Made by a program: the position numbers and the translations under genes. Below, piece by piece: positions 10,203 to 19,653 of a stretch of DNA of 64,000 nt. The DNA is taken from the NCBI GenBank assembly GCA_964235615.1, contig CAXSEE010000001.1, positions 200-64,199 of the forward strand, written 5' to 3'. The notes under the pieces were generated by a model. The model saw nothing but the letters and a program-made list of their open reading frames with translations. It was not told the origin of the DNA and ran no database searches. The DNA comes from an uncultured Acetobacteraceae bacterium. GTDB taxonomy: Bacteria; Pseudomonadota; Alphaproteobacteria; Acetobacterales; Acetobacteraceae. Positions within the stretch are counted from its first letter, which is position 1, and each line of letters begins with the position of its first letter.

Positions 10203-11450
10203 TCAGATCTTCTCCAGCGCCTGCGCAAGATCGGCGATCAGGTCCGCCTCATGCTCGATGCCGACCGAGATGCGCATCGTCGCATCCGTCACCCCGGCAG
10301 CCTCGCGGCGATGTCTCGGCACCGAGACATGCGTGGTGGTGGCGGAGTGGCAGATCAGCGTCTCGGTGCCGCCGAGGCTCACGGCAAGATGCAGCACGCG
10401 CAGCGCATCGAGCATGCGGAAGGCTTCCGCCTCGCCGCCCTCGATGTCGAACGCGAAGGTGGAGCCGGCGCCGGCGCATTGACGCCGGAACACCTCCCGC
10501 GCCCGCGAACCCTCCGGCAGCAACCCGGCCCAGGTCACGCGGGCGATCTTGGCATGGGAGGCGAGGAAACCCGCCACGGCCGCCGCATTGCGTCCCGCGC
10601 GTTCCGTGCGCAGGCCCATCGTCTCGATGGAACGCAGCAGCAGCCAGCATCCATGCGGATCGAGGTGGGTGCCGAGCAGGGTGCGGACCTTGCGCAGCGG
10701 CTCGATCAGCGCGAGCCTGCCCGACACCGCGCCGGCCAGGAAGTCGCTGTGGCCGGCCGCGTATTTCGTCATCGACGTGATGCAGAGATCCGCACCCTGC
10801 TCGAGCGGATTCTGCAGCAGCGGACCCAGGAAGGTGTTGTCCACCACCAGCACGGGACGGCGGCCCTGTCGCAGTTCCAGCGCCCGTGCGAGGCGCGCGA
10901 GCAGGGCGATGTCGGCGATTGCCGCGGTCGGATTGGCCGGCGTCTCGGCCATGATCACGCCGACCGGGCCATGGCGTAGCGCTTCCTCGGCGGCGGCGAA
11001 CACCGCGCCCTCGTCGAGTGCATCGCGGATCGCAACCGGGGTCACGCCTTGGACGGGCAGCAGCAGCAGGTTCATCAGCCCGTCGGTGCCGCCGTAGATC
11101 GGCGACGTATGCAGCACGCTGTCGCCCGGGCGCAACAGCGAGAGCAATGTGGTCGAGATCGCCGCCATGCCGCTGTTGAACACCGCGCACGCCTCGGCGC
11201 GATCGAGTGCGGCCATGCGGTCCTGTATCATCAGCAGGTTCGGATGATCGAGGCGGGCATAGATGAAGCCGCATTCGGCGTCGTCGAGCGGCGAGCGGCC
11301 GGCGGCATAGGCCTCGTGTGCCGTCTTCGCGTGCATGGCGTCGCGATAGACGAACGTCGAGGTCATGTAGATGGGCGGCTTGGCGGCACCATGATGCGCC
11401 TGCGGATCATAGCCGTGACTGACCATGATCGTCTCGGGGTGCAACGTCAC
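10203..11450 (-). CDS. PLP-dependent Cys/Met metabolism enzyme, methionine gamma-lyase / cystathionine gamma-synthase-like
   Basis: SHGYDP...KPPIYMTSTF, YARLDHPN, ETPANPT, VVDNTF, PLP lysine in SMTKYAAGHSD, AVSLGGTETL; GTG 11450 overlaps the upstream stop (GTGA), so the listed ORF start 11894 is too long. Confidence 0.85.
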   Translation of the reverse strand: MTLHPETIMVSHGYDPQAHHGAAKPPIYMTSTFVYRDAMHAKTAHEAYAAGRSPLDDAECGFIYARLDHPNLLMIQDRMAALDRAEACAVFNSGMAAISTTLLSLLRPGDSVLHTSPIYGGTDGLMNLLLLPVQGVTPVAIRDALDEGAVFAAAEEALRHGPVGVIMAETPANPTAAIADIALLARLARALELRQGRRPVLVVDNTFLGPLLQNPLEQGADLCITSMTKYAAGHSDFLAGAVSGRLALIEPLRKVRTLLGTHLDPHGCWLLLRSIETMGLRTERAGRNAAAVAGFLASHAKIARVTWAGLLPEGSRAREVFRRQCAGAGSTFAFDIEGGEAEAFRMLDALRVLHLAVSLGGTETLICHSATTTHVSVPRHRREAAGVTDATMRISVGIEHEADLIADLAQALEKI

Positions 11451-12670
11451 AGCACCTCGGCCCCCACCTGCCGCACGTACCAATCGGTGAAGCGCAGGGC
11501 CAGCGATTCCGAGGCGATGCAGTAGGGGCCAGGCGTGTAGCCCAGCGAGTTGACGCCGCGCTGGTTGTTCTCGACCAGTTCGCGATCCTGCAGGTTGGTC
11601 TCGTTCCAGAGCCGCATCAGGTCGTCGCGGTCGTAATCGACACCCTCCTCGGCGTCCTTGTGCACGAGCCACTTCGCGACCACGACCGTCTCCTGCGGGC
11701 CGACCGGGAGTGCCGAGAACATGAACAGGAAATCCCCGAGCGCATGGAAGAAGCTGTGCGGCTCCAGCCCCAGGCGCAGCGAACCGACGGCGCCCCCATT
11801 GATGGAACACATCGGTTTCTTCACGCAGGGCTCGCCATCGACGGTCATCGAGGTGAAGCCCCGGCGCAGCGGAAAGCGCACCGCCTGCCACCATTCGCCC
11901 TCGACCGCGCCGTGCGGCAGATCGAGCCGGTCCATGCGGGCCCTGAACGCCGCCGCATCCTCGTCGCTCATCAGGTTGAAATGGCCGCCGGCGTCGATCG
12001 GAAAGGTCAGCGACAATTCAGGATGCTTGGCCGCGCAATGATAGCATTCGCGGCCATTCTCCATTACCAGCTTCCAGTTGCAGCGCTCGGTCAGCGTATA
12101 TTCCGCGGCCACCTTGGCGTGGAGCAGGTCATGCGGCGCCAGCAGCGGAGACAGCTTGTCGTGGAAATCGTCGAACTCCGGCGCATCCTCGGCCAGGCAG
12201 ACGAACACCGCGCCGGCGACGGTGCGGACATGGATCGGCTTGAGGCCATGCGTGGCCTTGTCGAAATCCGGCTGCATCTTGCTGGCCCCGCGCAGGGCGC
12301 CGGTGTCGTCATAGCTCCATTGGTGGTAGGGGCAGACCAGCATGCGCGCGCTGCCGCAACCATCCGGCAGGATCTGCGCGCCACGGTGCCGGCAGGAATT
12401 GAAGAAGCCGCGGATTGCGCCGTCCCGTCCGCGCATGAGCAGGATCGGCGTGCGCCCGATGGTGATAGCCATCGTGCTGCCAACCTCGGGAAGCTCGATC
12501 TCGAAGCCGATCAACAGCCAGGAGCGGCCATAGATCTGGCGCAGATCGAAATCGAAGATGTCCGGATCGGTATAGAAAGCCTGCGGCAGGTTATGCCCGG
12601 GACGGCGCTTGGCCAGCAACGTGGCCACCTTCGACGCGGTCCGGTCCGGTATCAGGCCCTGGTCAAGCAT
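11447..12670 (-). CDS. Rieske non-heme iron oxygenase alpha subunit (GbcA/Stc2-like)
   Basis: Rieske CRH...CPYH; mononuclear Fe ENGRECYHC...HPEL and QD. Confidence 0.9.
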   Translation of the reverse strand: MLDQGLIPDRTASKVATLLAKRRPGHNLPQAFYTDPDIFDFDLRQIYGRSWLLIGFEIELPEVGSTMAITIGRTPILLMRGRDGAIRGFFNSCRHRGAQILPDGCGSARMLVCPYHQWSYDDTGALRGASKMQPDFDKATHGLKPIHVRTVAGAVFVCLAEDAPEFDDFHDKLSPLLAPHDLLHAKVAAEYTLTERCNWKLVMENGRECYHCAAKHPELSLTFPIDAGGHFNLMSDEDAAAFRARMDRLDLPHGAVEGEWWQAVRFPLRRGFTSMTVDGEPCVKKPMCSINGGAVGSLRLGLEPHSFFHALGDFLFMFSALPVGPQETVVVAKWLVHKDAEEGVDYDRDDLMRLWNETNLQDRELVENNQRGVNSLGYTPGPYCIASESLALRFTDWYVRQVGAEVL

Positions 12671-12833
12671 CTCGATGCTCCGTTTGCACCTCCAGAGTGG
12701 CAGATCCAGAACGACATGGCGTAATCGTATTTGTTCATGAGCCTATGTGTTTTTAGGATTGGCTATGCGTCTATCGTAGGTCTAACGTGCGCAGGAAACA
12801 TGGCAAGCTTCGGCGATAGGGACCTGGCTGGAC

Positions 12834-13760
12834 ATGATCAACCGGCGCTGGCTGCCGCTTAATGCACTGCGCGCCTTCGAGGCGGTCGGCCGCCATCTCA
12901 GCTTCACGGCGGGCGCACAGGCGCTCAATGTTTCGCAGAGCGCCCTCAGCCGGCATGTGCAGACGCTCGAGGACCTGCTCGGCTGCCAGTTGCTGCAACG
13001 CCGTCCGCATGGACTGGAGCTGACGCCGGCTGGCCTGTCGCTGCTGCCTGCCGTCAACCGTTCGTTCGACCGGCTGGAGCAGGAACTGAACGAGATCATC
13101 CGCAACCGGGGATCCCAGCCGCGAACGTTGCGGGTGCATATGCCTCCCTCCTTTCTGCAACAGGTGGCGATCCCGGTGCTGAAGGGTTTCCACCGCGAAT
13201 TCCCCGACATCCTCGTCGACATCTCCTCTTCCTACGACACCGGACTGCCGGCCGGAGAACTCGATATCGCCGTCGTCTATGACCGGCCGCAGGTGAGCCA
13301 GACCGTGACCGACCTGTTATGGATGATCCGTGTGGCACCGGTATGCGCGCCCGAAGTCGCGCGCGCCCATGCGGACAAACCGTTGGAGCGGTTCCTGCGC
13401 GACAACGAGTTGCTGCATGTGAAGCTGCAGGGTCAGGCGCGCGAGATGCTGTGGGCGAGCTACACGCGCCAGCTCGGATTGCAGATCGACACCAACCGCG
13501 GGCTTGCCTTCGAGACCGGGATCCTCGCTGCCAGCTACGCCATCTCGGGGGGTGGCGTGGCGCTCGCCGATATCGATCTCTTCGCCGCCGAGATCGCATC
13601 CGGGACACTCGCCATGCCCTATGAGATCGCTGTCGAGGAGGGACACGGCTATTTCCTGACCCTCCATGCCGAGGATCTGGCGGACCCGGCAGTGGCGCTG
13701 TTCAGAAGCTGGATGATCGAGCATTGCGCCAAGGCCGGCGCGAGGGCGGCAGCGGCATGA
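12834..13760 (+). CDS. LysR-family regulator, GcvA/AmpR-like
   Basis: LPLNALRAFEAVGRHLSFT...VSQSALSRHV helix-turn-helix; divergent from the Rieske operon. Confidence 0.92.
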   Translation: MINRRWLPLNALRAFEAVGRHLSFTAGAQALNVSQSALSRHVQTLEDLLGCQLLQRRPHGLELTPAGLSLLPAVNRSFDRLEQELNEIIRNRGSQPRTLRVHMPPSFLQQVAIPVLKGFHREFPDILVDISSSYDTGLPAGELDIAVVYDRPQVSQTVTDLLWMIRVAPVCAPEVARAHADKPLERFLRDNELLHVKLQGQAREMLWASYTRQLGLQIDTNRGLAFETGILAASYAISGGGVALADIDLFAAEIASGTLAMPYEIAVEEGHGYFLTLHAEDLADPAVALFRSWMIEHCAKAGARAAAA

Positions 13761-15364
13761 TCCGCCGGGATGCGGTGCATCCGGGCGTGCGGCCGTTGCA
13801 GGACGCCTATCGTCGCGGCCAGCTCGCGCGGCGGGACTTCCTGCGTGCCGTCGCGTTGCTCGGCGTTCCGGTGGCGGTCGCGGGCAGGCCGGCCCAGGCT
13901 ATGGCGCCGGTAGCGGGGGCGCCGGTGGTGCCGAAATACGGGGGCAGCCTGCGCATGGCCTGCCGGGTGGAGCAGATGGACAACCCGGCCATCGTCAGCT
14001 GGTTCGAAGTCGCCAACGTCTTCCGCAACAGCCTCGAATATCTGACCCGGATCGATGCCGACAACATCACCCGGCCGTATTTAGCCGAGAGTTGGCTGCC
14101 ATCCGCCGATCTGCGTGTCTGGGAGTTCCGCCTGCGCCGCCGCGTGCGCTGGTCCAACGGCGACCCTTTCGACAGCCGCGACGTCGCGGCGACCATCGGC
14201 ATGTGGCTGGCGCCGGACTCGGAATCTGTCAACAAGACCAGCTTCGCGATGATCTCCGGCGTGGAGATCGTCGACGCATGGACCATCCGGCTGCATCTCT
14301 CGCGTCCGACGCTCGCCCTGCCGGAGATGCTGTTCGCGCCGACCTGTCCGATGCTGCATCGTTCCTTCGCCACCTCGGGCAGAAACTGGCCCGAGGCGCC
14401 GATCGGCACCGGACCCTATCGGCTGGCCCGGTTCCTGGTCGGCGAGGAGGCGGTCCTTGCCCGCCGCGACGATTACTGGGGTGCCAAACCCTATCTCGAC
14501 ACGCTGCGCTTCATCGACCTGGGCACCAACGTGTCCACGCATCTCGCCGCACTCGATGGCGGACAGCTCGACCTGCTCTACAAGATCGACGCCTCCGACC
14601 TGCCGCTCGCGACCCGGCTGCCTGGCGTGCAGATCATCTCCGCGCACGCCGCCCAGACCGTCTGCATGCGCATGCAGGTCGACCAGGCGCCGTTCCACGA
14701 TATCCGCGTCCGCCGCGCGGTGCAGGCATCGGCCGACCTGGAGGCCATCCTGCGTCTCGGTTATGCCGGCGCCGGCACGATGGCGACGAATTGCCACGCG
14801 GCGCCGTTGCAGACGGATTACGTGGCCATTGCGGCACCCAAGCGCGACCTGGATCTCGCGCGTCATCTGCTGCGCGAGGCCGGACACGCGGAAGGCATCG
14901 ACCTGACCTTGATGGTCGGCAACACCCAGGGCGTCTGGGAGCAGAACACGGCGCAGGTGTTCCAGCAGAATTGCGCGGAAGCCGGCATACGTATCCGGCT
15001 CGACGTGATCCCCCCGAACGAATACATGACGATCTGGAACAGGATGCCGTTCGGGCTCACCTTCTGGGCGCATCGTCCGCTGGCGATGATGACGTATGAC
15101 ATCGCCTACCGCTCGAAAGGTCCCTGGAACGAGACCCACTTTGCCGACCCGGCGTTCGATGCCGCACTCGATCGCGCCATGAGCACGACGGATCCGCTCC
15201 TGCACGACACGGTGATGCGACAGGCCGAGACCATCCTGCAGCAGGCGGCCCTTTTCGTGCAGCCGTTCTGGATGAACAAATACACCGCCGCTTCGGCGCG
15301 GGTGCGGGATTACCGGCTGAATGCTGGCGACTGCTTCGATCTGGCGCCGGTATGGCTGGCATGA
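13757..15364 (+). CDS. ABC substrate-binding protein family 5 (DppA/OppA-like) with Tat signal
   Basis: RRDFLR twin-arginine motif, PYLAESW, PIGTGPY; ATGA overlap with LysR stop. Confidence 0.9.
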   Translation: MIRRDAVHPGVRPLQDAYRRGQLARRDFLRAVALLGVPVAVAGRPAQAMAPVAGAPVVPKYGGSLRMACRVEQMDNPAIVSWFEVANVFRNSLEYLTRIDADNITRPYLAESWLPSADLRVWEFRLRRRVRWSNGDPFDSRDVAATIGMWLAPDSESVNKTSFAMISGVEIVDAWTIRLHLSRPTLALPEMLFAPTCPMLHRSFATSGRNWPEAPIGTGPYRLARFLVGEEAVLARRDDYWGAKPYLDTLRFIDLGTNVSTHLAALDGGQLDLLYKIDASDLPLATRLPGVQIISAHAAQTVCMRMQVDQAPFHDIRVRRAVQASADLEAILRLGYAGAGTMATNCHAAPLQTDYVAIAAPKRDLDLARHLLREAGHAEGIDLTLMVGNTQGVWEQNTAQVFQQNCAEAGIRIRLDVIPPNEYMTIWNRMPFGLTFWAHRPLAMMTYDIAYRSKGPWNETHFADPAFDAALDRAMSTTDPLLHDTVMRQAETILQQAALFVQPFWMNKYTAASARVRDYRLNAGDCFDLAPVWLA

Positions 15365-16317
15365 GCGGCGTTGCCGCAAGGCTCGGGGGCATGGCGCTGA
15401 AGCTGCTGGCGGTGTCGCTGCTCGTCTACGCCGTGCTGGAGGTCAATTCCGGCGAGGTCGCGGCCAAGGTGCTCGGCCAGTTCTCGACCGAGGCGCAGAG
15501 GGCGCGATGGCTGCAAGCCCACGGCTATGACGCGCCCTTCATGCTCCGCTATCTGCGCTGGCTCGGCGACTTCCTGCGTGGCGACTGGGGGATCTCGACG
15601 CATTACCGTGTTCCCGTGATCCAGATCGTGCCGCGCCGCCTGCTGGCGACCCTGTGGCTGGCATTGCTGACCTTGCTGGTCATGGTCCCGTTGGGCCTGG
15701 GTCTCGGCATCCTCTCCGGCGTGTTCGCCGACAGGCCGCTCGACCGCGCGATCTCGACGCTGAGCATCGTCACCACCTCGATCCCCGACTATGCGAGCTG
15801 CGCCTTTCTCTCCGCGATCTTCGTGGTCGGACTGCGCTGGCTTCCCGGCGCCAGCACCATGACCGACGGCCTGTCCCTGCGTCAGATGATACTGCCGGTG
15901 CTGGTGCTGTCGCTCTATTCCACGGGCTACATCGCCCGCATGACGCGTGCCTCCATGCGCGAGGAATTGCGCCGCCCCTATATCCGCACTGCCCGGCTCA
16001 AGGGCGCCTCCCGCGCGCGCATCGTGCTGCGGCACGCGTTGCGCAACGCGCTGCTGGCGCCGGTCACGGTGATCCTGCTGCAGATCCCGTGGCTGCTTTC
16101 CGGCGTGATCGTGGTCGAGGTCTTCTTTGCCTATCGCGGCTTCGGGTCCCTGCTCTACGAGGCGGCGCTGAACAGCGACCTGCCGGTGATCGAGGCCTGC
16201 ACCATGCTGAGCGTGATCGTCGTAGGCATCACCCAGCAGGTATCGGACGGGTTGAACGCCTTGCTCAACCCGCGCCTGCGCTCCCTGCGCGTGGCACCCC
16301 GCATCGCCGCGACCTGA
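15361..16317 (+). CDS. ABC permease (DppB-like)
   Basis: GDWGIS, EAA loop ARLKG, RHALRNAL; ATGA coupling. Confidence 0.9.
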   Translation: MSGVAARLGGMALKLLAVSLLVYAVLEVNSGEVAAKVLGQFSTEAQRARWLQAHGYDAPFMLRYLRWLGDFLRGDWGISTHYRVPVIQIVPRRLLATLWLALLTLLVMVPLGLGLGILSGVFADRPLDRAISTLSIVTTSIPDYASCAFLSAIFVVGLRWLPGASTMTDGLSLRQMILPVLVLSLYSTGYIARMTRASMREELRRPYIRTARLKGASRARIVLRHALRNALLAPVTVILLQIPWLLSGVIVVEVFFAYRGFGSLLYEAALNSDLPVIEACTMLSVIVVGITQQVSDGLNALLNPRLRSLRVAPRIAAT

Positions 16318-16318
16318 G

Positions 16319-17155
16319 ATGGCCGGATCCCGCGGGCCTCCGCTCGACGCGCAACTGGTGATCGGCAGCACCATCATCGGCTTCTGGCTGATCTGCGCAT
16401 TGTTCGGACCGTGGCTGGAGCCTTTCGATCCGCTGCGCAGCAGCGTGGCGTTGATGCTGCCACTGTCGCGCGACTTGGCGGGCCTGCATTGGCTTGGCAC
16501 CGACATACTGGGACGCGATATCCTGTCCCGCCTGATCGGCGGCACCCGCGCGGTGCTGCTCTGGTCGGTGCTGGCGACGTCCTGCGCCTATATCGCGGGC
16601 GTCTCCTCGGGCATGCTCGCGGGTTATCTCGGACGCGCCACCGACCGCCTGCTGTGCTTCCTGGCCGACGTGATGCTGTCTTTCCCCGTCCTGGTGCTGT
16701 ATCTGCTGATCATCGTCCGGCTCGGCGCCTCCGGGATCAACATCATCCTGGCCGTGACGTTCGCCAGCGCGCCGGCCATCTTCAGGATCGTCCGGGCCTT
16801 GGTGATGGGCGAACGCGAGCGCGACTATGTCCGCGTCTGCGTGACCCAAGGCGAGCCGCTGTGGCGCATCCTGATCAGCGAGATCCTGCCCAACGTGACA
16901 CGGCCGCTCGCCGTCGATGCCTGTCTCCGGCTCGGCTATACCGCAATCACCATCGGCCTGCTCGGCTTTCTCGGGCTGGGCCTGCCGCCACCGGCGCCAG
17001 ACTGGGGCGGCATGATCAACGAGGGCCGCGGCATGGCCATCGCGTTCCCGCACCTCATCGTGTTTCCGTGCCTGGCCATTTCCACGCTCATGCTCGGCCT
17101 GTCGATGATCTCGGACGGCCTCGCTCTGCGTAGCCAGAGACTGCGCCAAGTATGA
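16319..17155 (+). CDS. ABC permease (DppC-like)
   Basis: HWLGTDILGRDILSRLIGG, EILPNV, LGLGLPPPAPDWGGMI. Confidence 0.9.
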   Translation: MAGSRGPPLDAQLVIGSTIIGFWLICALFGPWLEPFDPLRSSVALMLPLSRDLAGLHWLGTDILGRDILSRLIGGTRAVLLWSVLATSCAYIAGVSSGMLAGYLGRATDRLLCFLADVMLSFPVLVLYLLIIVRLGASGINIILAVTFASAPAIFRIVRALVMGERERDYVRVCVTQGEPLWRILISEILPNVTRPLAVDACLRLGYTAITIGLLGFLGLGLPPPAPDWGGMINEGRGMAIAFPHLIVFPCLAISTLMLGLSMISDGLALRSQRLRQV

Positions 17156-18771
17156 GGCAGCCGGTGCTCTCGATCGAGGCGCTGAGTGTCACGTTGCCGA
17201 GCGACAGCGATCGCCGCTTCGCCGTGCAGGATGTCAGCCTGGATGTGGCGCGCGGCGAGATCCTCTGCATCGTCGGCGAGTCCGGCTCGGGAAAATCCGT
17301 CCTGACCAGCGCCATCATGGGCGCGTTGCCGGATGGATTGGCATTGTCCGGCGGCAGGATCCTGTTCGAGGGCCGGGACATCAGCCGGCTGCCCGAGGCG
17401 GCGATGCGCAGGCTGCGTGGTGCTTCCATTGCCATGATCTTCCAGGAGCCGATGTCGGCTCTCAATCCCGCGCTCACGGTGGCCGACCAGATCGAGGAAG
17501 TCTTCGAGCTGCACCGCCCCGCCATGCCCCGGGAGGAAAGACGCAGGCGTGTGCTCGCATTGCTGCACGATGTCAGGCTGCCCGATCCGGAAACCCTGTC
17601 GCGAAGGCTGCCGCACCAGCTTTCCGGCGGGCAGTGCCAGCGGATCGTGATCGCCATGGCGCTGGCGCTGGATCCGGTGCTGCTGATCGCCGATGAGCCG
17701 ACCACGGCGCTGGATGTCACCACGCAGGCCCAGATCCTGCGCCTGATGCGCGAGTTGCGTGACGAGCATGGCCACGCGATCCTGTTCATCACCCATGATC
17801 TCGGCGTGGTCGCCGACATCGCCGACAACGTGGTGGTGATGCGTCAGGGGCGGATGGTGGAGCAGGGACCGATGCTGCAGGTCCTGACCGATCCACGTGA
17901 TCCATACACGAAGATGCTGGTGGAGACGCTGCCCGGAACGGTGCCGAAGCATGATCTGCCGCCGCGGGCCTATCCGGCGGTCTCGGTGCGCAATGTCGTG
18001 AAGCATTACGGCCGCAACCGCGCGCTGGACGATATCAGCTTCGACCTGGCGCGCGGCTCGACCCTGGCGATCGTGGGTGAATCCGGTTGCGGCAAAAGCA
18101 CGCTGGCGCGGGCGGTCATCCGTCTCGCGGAAGTCGACTCCGGCCAGGTGGTCATCGACGGCGTCGATTTCGCGACCCTGTCCGGCCGCAGGCTGCGGCA
18201 GATGCGCCGGACCGTGCAGATGGTGTTCCAGGATCCGTACGGCGCGCTCAATCCGAGGCGCAATGTCGGCAAGATCCTGCGCCGGGCCGGCAGGCTCAGC
18301 GGATTGTCCGCAGCCGACGCGCGAGCGCAGGCCCTGGCGTTGATCGACATGGTTGGTCTTCCGCCCGAGGCCTTGCTGCGTGGCGTCGATGCATTTTCCG
18401 GCGGACAAAGGCAGCGCGTCGGCATCGCGCGCGCGCTCGCCATGCGCCCAGGCGTGATCATCGCCGATGAGATCGTGGCGGCGCTGGACATGTCGATGCA
18501 GGCGCAGATCCTCGACCTGCTGGCGCGCCTGAAACGCGATGCCGGCCTGACCTTGCTGTTCATAACCCATGATCTGCGCGTGGCCGCCGAAATCGCCGAC
18601 ACCGTTGCCGTGATGCACAAGGGGCGGATCGTGGAGATAGGGCCGGCGTCGAAGGTGTTTGCATCTCCCGTGCATGATTACACGCGGCAGTTGCTTGCAG
18701 CGATACCGGGGCAGGCCCTGCGCGGTGCCGCGCGATCGGCCATCGTCGCGCATCAGCCTGCCTCATGGTGA
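17152..18771 (+). CDS. ABC ATPase with two fused domains (DppD/F-like)
   Basis: Walker A GESGSGKS and GESGCGKS; signatures LSGGQCQR and FSGGQRQR. Confidence 0.93.
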   Translation: MRQPVLSIEALSVTLPSDSDRRFAVQDVSLDVARGEILCIVGESGSGKSVLTSAIMGALPDGLALSGGRILFEGRDISRLPEAAMRRLRGASIAMIFQEPMSALNPALTVADQIEEVFELHRPAMPREERRRRVLALLHDVRLPDPETLSRRLPHQLSGGQCQRIVIAMALALDPVLLIADEPTTALDVTTQAQILRLMRELRDEHGHAILFITHDLGVVADIADNVVVMRQGRMVEQGPMLQVLTDPRDPYTKMLVETLPGTVPKHDLPPRAYPAVSVRNVVKHYGRNRALDDISFDLARGSTLAIVGESGCGKSTLARAVIRLAEVDSGQVVIDGVDFATLSGRRLRQMRRTVQMVFQDPYGALNPRRNVGKILRRAGRLSGLSAADARAQALALIDMVGLPPEALLRGVDAFSGGQRQRVGIARALAMRPGVIIADEIVAALDMSMQAQILDLLARLKRDAGLTLLFITHDLRVAAEIADTVAVMHKGRIVEIGPASKVFASPVHDYTRQLLAAIPGQALRGAARSAIVAHQPASW

Positions 18772-19653
18772 AGCCGGTATGCCGGCCATCCAGCGCCGCG
18801 CAAGCTCCGGATGTCGCGCCAGCGCCGCGCGCGCTGCATCCGGACCGGCTTCGTGCCGTTCGGTCATCGCATGCATCATCTCGGTCTCGAGATTGGTGTC
18901 GAATGACACGTTATGCAGGAGCTTCCCCAGGATCGGGCATTCCTGGCTCAGCCCGTGCCGGGTTACCGTGTAGACCGTGCTGCTGCCGTAATCGGGTCCA
19001 ATGAAACCCTGTCCTCCCGATAGATAGACAAGACTGACCTGCGTGTTCATGGGATTCGGTTCCCAGGCGAGGAACACGATCCAGGCGTTTCGCGCCACCT
19101 CCCGCTGCATCTGCGCGCGCATGCCGAATTCGCTCGATTCGACCAGACGCCAGTCCTTGAGACCGTAGTTGCCGGTTTCGATCATGCGCCGGAGCCTCTC
19201 ATTCCCGGGCGATCCCGGGTCTATGCCGTAGATGCGGCGGTCGAACCGGTCGGCGAACCGGCTGAGATCCGCGATGTCATGCACCCCGGCCGCGGCGACA
19301 TAGGACGGGACGGCAAGCGTGAAGCGTGCGTGGGCCAGATTGGCCACGATCCTGTCGATCCGATGGGCGGCCAGCAGGGTATCGGCGAAATGCTGCTGTG
19401 CCGGCATCCAGTTGCCGAGGAACACGTCCAGCCGTCCGCTGGCCAGCGCCTGGAAGATGATCGGCACAGCCAGGGTCTCGATCTTCGGTGTGTATCCCGC
19501 ACGACGCAGGGTCTCGTCCAGCAAGGCGTCGGTGGCGGCGATGTCGCTCCAGCCGGGCTCCGCCACGCGCACCGTCCGGCAGGCTTGCAGGTCGTCGGCC
19601 ATCACCGGATGCGACGCCATCAACACCAGCCATGCCGCGAACATGGCTCTCAC
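18763..19653 (-). CDS. Orphan choline/betaine-family ABC binding protein (ChoX paralog, possibly choline-O-sulfate binding)
   Basis: CRTVRVAEPGWSDI, DVFLGNWMP, IYGIDPG, FLAWEPNPMN; ATGA-coupled downstream of betC. Confidence 0.8.
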   Translation of the reverse strand: MRAMFAAWLVLMASHPVMADDLQACRTVRVAEPGWSDIAATDALLDETLRRAGYTPKIETLAVPIIFQALASGRLDVFLGNWMPAQQHFADTLLAAHRIDRIVANLAHARFTLAVPSYVAAAGVHDIADLSRFADRFDRRIYGIDPGSPGNERLRRMIETGNYGLKDWRLVESSEFGMRAQMQREVARNAWIVFLAWEPNPMNTQVSLVYLSGGQGFIGPDYGSSTVYTVTRHGLSQECPILGKLLHNVSFDTNLETEMMHAMTERHEAGPDAARAALARHPELARRWMAGIPASP

